Shown piece after piece: positions 54,399 to 64,000 of a DNA stretch of 64,000 nt. The notes beneath the pieces were generated by a model. It saw nothing but the letters and a program-made list of their open reading frames with translations. It was not told the DNA's origin and made no database searches. Every line of letters begins with the position of its first letter. Positions within the stretch are counted from its first letter, which is position 1. The DNA lies in assembly GCA_017499595.2 (NCBI GenBank), contig CM039007.1, positions 434,001 through 498,000 on the forward strand, in the 5' to 3' direction. The stretch is from Psilocybe cubensis (lineage: Eukaryota). The translations under genes and the position numbers were made by a program.

Positions 54399-55171
54399 CT
54401 ACGACACAAGCGGCGCCGCATACGCATACCGCAACAGATTCCGACCCGGGGGATTGGGTATGGACGATGCCAGCGGCACCGTCGTCGCCGTCACAACGGC
54501 GTTCAGGCCCTTGATCGGATTCGCAGTCACAGCGGCCATAACGACCGTATGCGGGATCTCAGGGTTCTCCATCACATCCGTCGTCGACTGCGCTGGCATC
54601 ATCCCTGAGCTCACACCCGACGACGACGAAGACATAGTCGTATGCACACTCCCCGGATTCCTCGCCGGCTCATCATTACTCTTATTCCCCAGCACCCCGC
54701 CCACAATCCCGCCCACAACAGCAAGAAGCGCGACGACACCAAGCACATAGCCCCATTTCGTGCGCCAGAACGCGGGGAGCTGCGAAGTCACGACGAGGCG
54801 CTGGGAACTCGCGATCGGGAGCTCGGCGTCGTGGTCGTGGTCATGGTTGGGGGAAGAGCCTGCGCGCGGGGCGGCGGAGGCGATGGATCGTCGGGTGCGC
54901 GCGGGTGCTAGCGCGGGGGTGGGCGGGGACGTGGACGGGGGGTCCCGGTCTGTGCGCGCGTGCGCATTCGCATTCGAATCGCGATCGCTCAAGTCTGCCT
55001 GGGATAGACGCGTGATGAGTATACCGTCACCCAAATATAAAGCACACTAAATCCCTCCTCCCCACAGTGACAATGAAAGAAAAGCGAGCGAAGAACGGTG
55101 CGTACCTCGATATCTATGTACTCCGACGAGACCCCGTTGGCCTGGTGGGCCTGGGGTGCGGGAAGGGGCAT
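54399..55171 (-). CDS. Small type II single-pass membrane protein, similar in architecture to 50998-51792
   Basis: MPLPAPQAHQANGVSSEYIDIE|..PAFWRTKWGYVLGVVALLAVVGGIVGGVLGNK followed by an S/T-rich tail; ends uncertain. Confidence 0.6.
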
Positions 55172-58059
55172 CTCTCGCCCTTCCTTGATCCTTCCTTCCT
55201 CAGGCGGAGGGGATTTCAGATCCCAGACGATGACGGTGGTAGCAGACAAAGGGCTGAAGCAAGTTGAAACGGGCACACTGCGGCGTTGTCAGCTGCTTGG
55301 ACCAGTTGTCTCTGAATCTAGACCCCTTGATTGCTCGTCGTCTCTCTTTCAACAGCAATGCTAGCACCGTCAAAGGTCAACAAGCAGCACAGGACAACAC
55401 AAACGGACAGAACACAGCTCACCTCGACCCTACACACCCAACGCGTTAGTCTTCGTCGCCGTCGCAGGAAACCAGAACCAATTGCAAGAACCAACAAACC
55501 CGAATCGAGCCAACGCAACCCTGTCGAATTAAATTGACACTCAGCAAAAAACTCAGAACATGTCTAGCAGTCTTCCCGGTCCATGCTCGGTCCCTGTTCT
55601 GTCCTCTTCAGTCGTTCCATCTGCCCCCCTGCTTCTTCTTAGTGAACCCGAAACAGGTCCAGGGCAGATATGTACCTATATACATACGTGCGAGTGTAGA
55701 CGAGCGTGTCCTTTGATTGGTAACCCGTTAACCCCCTTCAACCTACGCACCGTCGAATTACAGACGACACCTACGGCATTTGTATTTTTAAGTCTCCAAT
55801 TGCAGCAATAAAAATAATAAATATCGTAAGAACATTCGCGAACGGTCGTGATCATGATTTCTCTTCATGATGAAGAAGGGAGAAGGGATATAGTCTGAGA
55901 GGCCCGGCAGGAGGACTAAGTTGAGATTCTAGGAACAGATTACAACATCAACCTCAACTTAACATATCACATCACCACATCTCGACTCGACCTATAGCAA
56001 CCATGATCTATACAATCGACCATACGATCCCTCCCTCCCGCTACAGCTTCAACACCTCGCAGTCAAAATATTAATAACAATACAGCTTACCTTACATTCC
56101 CTATCATATCTATACCACAAGTTCACAGCATCCTATCATCACCTAGAAATGGTATCAAAAACGCCTCAAAGCCCTCAAAGCCACAAGCCTTCCTCGTCTT
56201 TACCTGTCGTCAATGCAGCTCGAGGATTTCTTCAAATATCATACCTTACCTCGATCGATCTAGAATCTGGATCCCACATTGATCACGAAAATGATAAATG
56301 AGCAACTTATGAAAGGTTCGAAGTCCTTCAAAGTTTAATCACCAAATTTCAAGTGTCGCCCTGCCGTTCACAGCTCATGATCACATCTCACTTACCCAGG
56401 TACTCATACCTTGCATCGTCTACCACCTTATTTATTTATTACTATCAACGCGCCTCATGGGGAGAACAAGAACGAGCTGCAAAGGCCACTTTTGAGCTTT
56501 CAAGTTTTTCGATTTTCAATTTTCAGCTTTCAGTTTGAAGGCTAGACTGGCATTCGATACCCACACTGTCATTCGAGACGACTTTCATATTCAACATAAC
56601 CCTAATAACCATAGCCATGGGACATCGGGGACGCGGACATTGACGTTGACGTGGGTATGTAATCCAAAAACCGCACGCGATGTCTTGTCATCTTGTCTTC
56701 ATCTACGTCAGACACAACGCTCACAAAAAGTAGTGATAACTATAGTCAAATCCCAACAACAACAATAATAATGTTAAACACAAGTTGATGACAGTGGGCC
56801 CGCCTAGCTCAGGAGTAGGACTCACACCACTCCAAGTTTTCCGACACCTCAAGGCCACATTCGACTCCCTAGGTCCGAGTCTCGTCAGTATTCTCAGCAT
56901 TCAATCAAAGGGCGGAAGAGGATCAGTGATGTCCTCTGACCTATGCTATTTTCAAGGATCACTAGCCAGAGCGCGCGCAGAGCCGCTGCGCAGCGCAGGC
57001 AGGTATCCATACACATACATGCCACACTCCGCTTTTGATATCCAGGACAAGAAAGCAACAGGAAAGCAGACAGGACAAGCAACAGTCACACATCAAGAGA
57101 GACAAACAGAGTACCGTGGTTCACAGTGTGAAGCAAGAAATTCGACTTCAGAGCGAGGAAAGAAGAGGAGAGGAGAGAGGAGGAAACATAGACCTCCCTA
57201 CCCCCTACCCCCGATTCCCCAACACTCAGGCTCTCCTCTTGAGTGGACAAAGAGCAGAGAAGAGAAGAGAAGAACAAAAATTGCAACTCAAAGACTGAGA
57301 GTTCACAGTTCATAGGTATGCGCATAGCAGAAGAACGTGAAGCCGTGTCCGCGTCCCCAGGTTTGTCCCAGGCCCTAGCACCACACCCTTCCACTCGGAT
57401 AGAGTGACCACTGCACTGCATAATTTCAGGGACGTATACCAGACATCACACTCGCACTCGCACTCGCAGACCGCAACAAGTCAGACAAGGGAAATTTCCT
57501 AGCGTCTTTCCCAGAATAAGCACGAATGCGAATGCGATGTGAATGCAAATGCACATGTACGGATACAGATATATGCGCCAAGGACAAGGGGTTAACAACG
57601 CACGGACCCGAATTCGATTTTGCTATTTGATTTGATTTCACCTCGGGACAATTTCACCATCCGCAACGTGTCGGCCAGCTCCCAAACAAAGAACACTGCC
57701 AGAGGAGTTGATAGATACCAGATACACGGATAGATTCACTGCAGCAGACAGGCGCAGACAGGCGCCCGCTAACATGGCGTCCAGGAACCACCTTTCATCG
57801 AAATTGCCACCCATCAAGCCGATGACACCAAGGACAAACCCAGAGCTCCAAATCAATCCCAATCCCAGTACTCCAGCACAGTCAGTCCTTCATCAAACCG
57901 CATATAATGATACAGACGGAAAGTGGCATCTGAGTACAGTTTTTGTGGGTCTTTCGGGCTCTCGCGGTCTTTTTGTTTTTTGTATTCTGTTTTTTTTGGG
58001 CTGTATATGTCTAAGGTTAACATTTTTATTGTTTATCGTAGGAGTGGAGGGAACAAGGA

Positions 58060-58345
58060 GACCCCCGTGGCATTCCTTGGGGGTAGGTCACAGACGTTCT
58101 GTGACCTACCGCACAAATTTGGCCCTGGGTCACAGAGCTGGGTGACTTTCACTGAGGCATTCAGTGAGCATCGCGACCTGCACCGGACAACTGCGGGTAT
58201 GTGCCGCCATTGATTTTTGTCTGTGGCCTCTAGTGGCACTGGCCAATATGCGCACAACACCGGTCAAACTCATGAGTGCCATTCAACGTGAAATGACCGG
58301 TTATTTTCTTTTGGTGAGTGTCCATTCTCCATCGCTCCAGTGGCC
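58060..58345. repeat. Cluster of inverted repeats, candidate element terminus / recombinase binding region
   Basis: GGTAGGTCACAGA-cgt-TCTGTGACCTACC (58082-58110, perfect 13-bp arms); GTCAC..GTGAC (58129-58146); TCACTGA-ggcat-TCAGTGA (58149-58167); ACCGGTCA..TGACCGGT (58259-58301); ACCCCC..GGGGGT (58061-58084). Confidence 0.75.
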
Positions 58346-58445
58346 CATCGTTGAAATCACCTAGTACAACATAATAAAAGAATGTACTCTATAAGATGTC
58401 TTATGAATATACATTTTCCCCCACCAAATTTTTCTGAGTAAACCA

Positions 58446-61400
58446 ATGCAGTCTCGCATACTATCTCGCACCGAGTCTTCTGAGCAAGCTCAACATGCTG
58501 AAATTATGATCCCTACGACCGACGCCAATGGTATTATCAACATATCCCGCGCTCAGTACATGTCTAGGCTAGCTGCTATACGACGGAAAGAGCCACTTCG
58601 CGAAGCATGTATTGATGCTAATTTGGCACCACCTAAGAGTGCAAATTTAGAGCGTCTTCGAACGATGTTGACGGACTACTGGTATGTGGCACACTTTATA
58701 CACTCTTATTTCTATATGCTTAGTGTGTTTTTTGGGTCGCGTTAACAGGTATCCTCCAATTGTCATGGAGGAATCAATTTCTAATGAAGTTTCTGAGCTA
58801 CAATCTTCTAGCTCGCAACATGCTAGCACATCAGTTTCCGTGTTGAGAGATAATAACGACGAAATCCTTGTTCAAGAATTTGGGGTTGAAGGTGCTGCTG
58901 CTGAAGAGGTTCTTGGGTACGATGATGATAGTGATAGTGACCCTGAGGATGAATTTCGAGAGGTTCTTGAGATCAACGATGAGCTCCTAGACCACACAGC
59001 CCTCGAAGACGACGATGAATCTGACTTGGAGACTCAAATGCAAGGTGGACCATTTCCAGGCGAAAGTTACACCAAATTTCAAACTCGGATCCGGCTCGAG
59101 GAGACAAGACGTGCAGAGAATAATCGACGAGCAGGTGGAGTTAAGACTCAAAGTGCGGTTATCAAAGATTGGAAGGTCATTCATTGGCTGTCTCTATGTA
59201 TACACATTCCAAATCTAACTTGAATATCTTTCAGATCTTTTGTGGTCATGCCTTGAAGACGGGTCAAATCAAAGATGAAATTGTTGATGCCCACCATCTA
59301 TTATTGTATATTCGGTACTGTTCCGAGCGACCAAAGCGAACACGCAAAGGCATTGACATACCTGGTACATTTATTGGCGCGGTAAGTCCTGATATTAGTG
59401 TATCAGATGACGTATAAAACTTACATTGATTCTCAGTCACACATTAAGAAACTATATTTTGGTGCTCTTCGTATCCGTAAAGAGCAAGAAGCCAAAGACC
59501 CCAGTCTTTCCCAGCGGCGCCCAGCAACCAATGTCCATGTTTGGGATGCACTTAAAGGTCGTATGAATGAAGCTCTTCGACGGGCTCGAGAGTCTGTTTC
59601 TTTTTAATCTGCTACACTGATTATAAGTTGCTAATTCCATGTCATCAGAGGCCTCATACCCGAAGAGGACGCGCCGGACATTGTGGCCAATACATTTCTC
59701 TCCGGAATCACAGAAGCGCAGATGAACAGTGTTGGAAAAGGCTTTCTTATGCATCGAGAGTGTGAGTAACTTTTTGAATACTTTGGTGTAATAATTTGAC
59801 AATGTTTTCTAGTACGTTCGGTTATCAATGGTCATTTGAGCTGGACTGCACAAAATGCATCAGGAAACCGTGGGGATGATTTCCGAGCGCTTCGACTGGC
59901 TGAGCTGCAGCCATATGTCTTTCTTCATCCAAATAAAGAGACGGCCATTCCGTGTGTTCTCGGATGTCAAGGAGAGGAGAAGGCAGGTGCTAGCAGAGGA
60001 ATGAGAACGGTAAATTTAAGCTCTCAATTCACTTGTTCCTATCTGATATATTATCTACACTATTCAGAAAGTTAATCCGGTGTATAGTGTATTTATTGCC
60101 CACCTGGATCCAGTTAAATGCCCACTGGGAGCATTTGCTTTTTATCATCATTTCCTTCACGACGTCATTGATATCACCTCAGCATTAGATATCAACTGGT
60201 CGATCAATAAAACCTGGCGACAAGTACGTGTTCTACATGGCAAAAAGTCATATGCGACTCCATACCATGAGCAAAGCCTGTACAATCTCTATGTTAAGGC
60301 ATTTTCCTCTGCTGCATTCACATCACATTTGAAAGCACATCTACCACGTCATATCCTTGGATATAATCAAGAGCGCATGGGGTAAGCTCAAATGTATTTA
60401 GTTAAATGCTTAATGACTTATTTCAATTCAGTGTTGATCCCTCTGTAACATCTCGGATGGGATGGGTACGAGGAGAGACTTATTATGATACCTATGCACC
60501 GGCACTTCCAAAAGAGGTAAACTTTCCCCTTCATTATCCCAAAACCTACTAACTGACTGTGCACGTATTAGGCTGTACTCGGTGCACATGGATATAAATC
60601 TCATGAGGTGTATGACCCCATTTGGCGTCATGTTCACATCCCCGAGGTATTTCTGTGTCTTGTATGCCCAATGGCTGAAACAATCTATTCAGATGTTGTT
60701 GGACGACAAAATCTGTCTGGTGCCGCAAACTACTGGTCAATGGTTATGGAGCTACGTCCCTATCTGTTCCAGGTAAGAACTTTGTTAATTGTACAGTGTT
60801 GTATTAATGTTATACTTTAGTGTGGTGCTGCCATCTTTCAAGAAGTACCAGAATCAGCATTATTTCGGCTTCCGGCCTTTGCTCATCAAGATGTCCAGAA
60901 TTGGATGAAGCACCAGTTTCCAAACGATTTTTCTTTGTTGAAAGCGAGTGCAGGAAGCAGGGTTGATCTCCAGCGGATCCAGAATCAGCTCCTTCAGCTT
61001 GCCCTTGAAGAAACCCGATCATTACTTGCATCACAAAGTGTTCAATTAGCTGAAGTTGCTCGAATTCAGAAGATAGTTGAGCAGCGTACTCAAGTGTTAT
61101 CACCGGCAAAGGGATATTCAGCAGTCCACTACTCGTCTAGAGTGTCTACAGCATCATCGGGTGTGTCACATAGCTGTTTCATGTCGTGTTTAATATTTAT
61201 TGACCTCTTTTCTTAGCTGCAGTTCATGAGCCACTTCCTGCTCTGCAGCTCACAACAGCCAATCATGACACATTTGAAAGTGCTAACTGTGAAAACGACG
61301 ACACCGGTGTGTATATGGCTGAAAATGGGGATTTCCGAGCATTTGCAAATGGATCTCCAAAAACCCCAACACATACCATTCGCCGGAAGCGTTCACAGGT

Positions 61401-62146
61401 TGATTTAGTGCTACCGAGTGCGTCTGCTTTCACAGAACAGGGTAGGTTATCACCTTTACCATATATATGTTTGCTAAATACAAATTTGTGAATACAGGTC
61501 AGCCACAATTCTTTTGGCCTCCGGTCTTTGGACAGAAATCTGTGACATGGGACCAAGTATTTGCTCTTATCAAGCAACCCGAGCATTTATGGGACTGCTG
61601 GAAGCCATCAAAGACACTTGATAAATATGATCTTCACGATCAATGGGCGTGCTGGAGTGTTGGTGAGGGGGTAAATGATGCAGATGGTAATCAGACATCT
61701 GTCAAGCCGCCTCTACGTGAGGTGGAACGTCATTTCGGATCATTCAATCCGGAGGGTAAGCATCTCAAAAGTTGGCGAAGCGGAATTTCATCCAAAGTAA
61801 GGAAATTTGACATTTATATCAATTCAAGGACTTACAGAAAGCATAGGACCGCAAATTCTGGCAGCGGTTTCGAGAAATTCCTGAGTTTATTGACTCAGAA
61901 GCTCATAACCGCAAGGTCTCTCCACTCTCAATTATTGATGAACTTGAGATTCTAGGCCAGCAAGACAGACGATTAAAGGGACTTTCAGCACTTACAAAGC
62001 ATATCAAATTAAAACGAGAGGCTGTATCTCCACAAGCAGAGACGGAAGCTCCACAGGTAGAAGCGGAAGCCTCTCAACCAACCAAGCGGAAAAAAGCCGT
62101 AGCTCCTCGTCGTCCTTCAAAAAAGGCAAAGCAGGATGAATTATGA
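58446..62146 (+). CDS. Tyrosine recombinase (NDC10-II/Crypton-type) with C-terminal GCR1_C DNA-binding domain, ~1,010 aa, 13 exons
   Basis: Open spliced frame: SGNRGDDFRALRLAEL, GEEKAG, HLDPVKCPLGAFAFY, KAHLPRH, SRMGW..YYDTYAPALP, ELRPYLFQ; GCR1_C-like DQWACWSVG..PPLREVERHFG..SWRS..DRKFWQRFREI; basic NLS-like C-terminus. Confidence 0.88.
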
Positions 62147-62400
62147 CTATTAATTGGTATTTTTGACGCTCTTCCTTATGTACTTGACTGTACTAGTTTA
62201 TCTTTCATAGTTTGTGTATATTTATGCAGACAGAGTAGCCGCAGACAACCATGATTGTAAAGTTTCAAATAACAAGATAATAATGAATACTTAATGCCGC
62301 AGCAGCTATGCAACTTGCTTTCGTTTAAACTCTCCTTTAACTCGTCTTGATTTCAAACACACATCTTGCAATCCAACACAACAATTGCTGCATTTTCAAC

Positions 62401-64000
62401 ATGGGAATAAATGGACTTTCAAAGGTGCGTACAACGGAATAATGTTAGGTATAGTCTTACAGTGTCAAGATAGGCGATTAAACCCATTGAGGAAAGAGCA
62501 TCTCTATACGAGAGTGCCTCTAAGGTTTCTATGGTGGTCCTCTACGAATTCTTTTCATGAAGCTGTGTTACTTTTTAAAGTATCCTGCTATCATGGTCTT
62601 TGTGTACGATGGACCGGGACGTCCAGCACTCAAGCGTGGTCGTCGTGTCCAAAATTCTCCACCATTCTGGACAGCTCCCTCTATGGACATAGTACAAGCG
62701 TTTGGATATTATGTCCACCAGGTATGCCATAATTTATTCTATTGAATAACACTAGTAGCTAAGTTTTGACGTTGCCTTGTTTAGGCACCCGGTGAGGCTG
62801 AGGCCGAGCTTGCTATGCTCAATCAACACGGCCTCCTTGATGCAGTCATCACAAGTGACAGTGATGTTTTTGTGTTTGGAGCGACTACAGTCTATCGCAC
62901 GTATGTAGACAATGTTATCAAATTGATTGAATTGGGATTGAAATCATGATAATAGCATCCCGGCCAAAACAAGACGTTTTGAAGATGAAATTGCTGTATA
63001 CACGGCTGAAAACATATCAAATGTTATAGGACTAACAAAGAAAGGTCTCATTTTAGTGGCACTACTTTGTGGAGGAGACTATGACGCAGTAGGACTCGAC
63101 GGATGCGGTCCAGCTACTGCTCTTGGCCTCGCAAAATGCGGATACGGTGAAAGTCTGATTCAAATAGTTCAAACTTTTCACGGAGAGCGATTGACTGCTG
63201 CCATTGCTCAATGGCGTTTGGACCTTCAAAAGGAACTTTTCTCAAACTCCAGTGGACATCTGAGAGGAAAGGAGCGATCACTGGCCAAAAGCATTCCTGA
63301 TTCTTTTCCCAGCCTTGATACACTCTCACTCTACTTGGAACCTGTAGTATCTGCCGGTGCTTCGTCCCATCTTGCTCCTGTTTATGACTTTAGGCACAGA
63401 GAACCATCTTTGAATCGTCTTGTTATGGTGTCATCGACTCATCTGGGGTGGAATACAGAAGAAATTATAAAGGACAAGTTCAAGAGAAATGTATGGGAAG
63501 GTGTCTTTCTGCAGATGCTATACTCGGTGAGTTGTCTATACTACGTTTAAATGCAATCGTAGCTGTTATTCATTGATCTGGCATATTACAGAAGTTTATT
63601 CTTTACGACCACACCCAGCAGATCCTTGCCACACCCAATATTCAAGCACGTTTATTCAACCGTAAAATTGCTAATCGAGCTGGTCGTATGGCACCAAATA
63701 CTTCTAGATACCAAGCCAGATTATTGGTATCGGCACAAAACTTCATCGCATTGATGAACCCCTCATTTCAGTCGTCTACTAATTCGGACACATTTCGAGC
63801 TTGGGTCCATATAGATGCCTTACCGGAAAGATTGCTTCAAGGTTAGTTTTGAGACAAATGGTATTTTCAGCGCTTACATTGACCTCTAGAGCTATCTGGG
63901 GATACTAAAACCACACAAAAAGCTGACAAGTCTCGGGTCATGTTTGTTGAAGGATCTTCTGGAGATAGCAGCCAACAAGCAGCTGCATTTCCAGAGCCAA
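62401..64000 (+). CDS. XPG/Rad2-family PIN-like nuclease (GEN1/Yen1-like), N-domain apparently damaged, runs off window
   Basis: MGINGLSK|AIKPIEERASL, LRILFMKL..VFVYDGPGRPALKRG, HQ|APGEAEAELAML..DAVITSDSDVFVFGA, H3TH LVALLCGGDYDAVGLDGCGPATALGLA. Confidence 0.85.

Larger units (their letters stand above)
58040..64000 (+). mobile_element. Putative Crypton-like (CryptonF/Ndc10-type) tyrosine-recombinase element, left part, possibly carrying cargo
   Basis: Abrupt end of the low-complexity flank near 58035, an inverted-repeat cluster, then an intact YR-GCR1_C gene and a closely linked nuclease gene; right end not in window. Confidence 0.6.

Noticed and set aside
58446-62146. Calling the gene kinetochore NDC10 or transcription factor GCR1
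   Set aside because: Those are Saccharomycetaceae domesticated derivatives; here the catalytic residues are retained and the context is element-like.
58446-62146. Calling it a bona fide Starship captain (DUF3435)
   Set aside because: The motifs and GCR1_C domain fit the Ndc10/CryptonF clade; only the layout is Starship-like.

Overview
Intron-rich fungal DNA; the gene families and short GT-AG introns point to an agaricomycete (mushroom-forming basidiomycete), by inference. The left third carries housekeeping and membrane genes: a partial MFS transporter, a multi-TM protein, a class I hydrophobin, a mitochondrial 2-oxodicarboxylate carrier head-to-head with SRP9/21, a single-pass membrane protein, Vps36 and a rhodanese. 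The 20-31 kb interval is a dynamic island with a diverged triple tandem repeat, an inverted gene duplication, gene relics, an Fmp46/DUF1687 gene and four paralogous MYND zinc-finger genes. Next come a ~14 kb gene for an Msb1/Mug8 (RhoGAP-like) protein with an acidic VEETPA-repeat tail of ~4,000 aa, a cupredoxin-TM protein, and two small type II membrane paralogs in low-complexity DNA. The strongest signal starts at ~58.0 kb: the sequence character changes abruptly, a cluster of inverted repeats follows (including a perfect 13-bp-arm palindrome), and then an intact 13-exon Crypton/Ndc10-type tyrosine recombinase with a GCR1_C domain is followed after 254 bp by an XPG/GEN1-Yen1-like nuclease gene. 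This fits the left end of a recombinase-led, cargo-carrying mobile element extending beyond the window. Exon boundaries were read by eye and no database searches were run.
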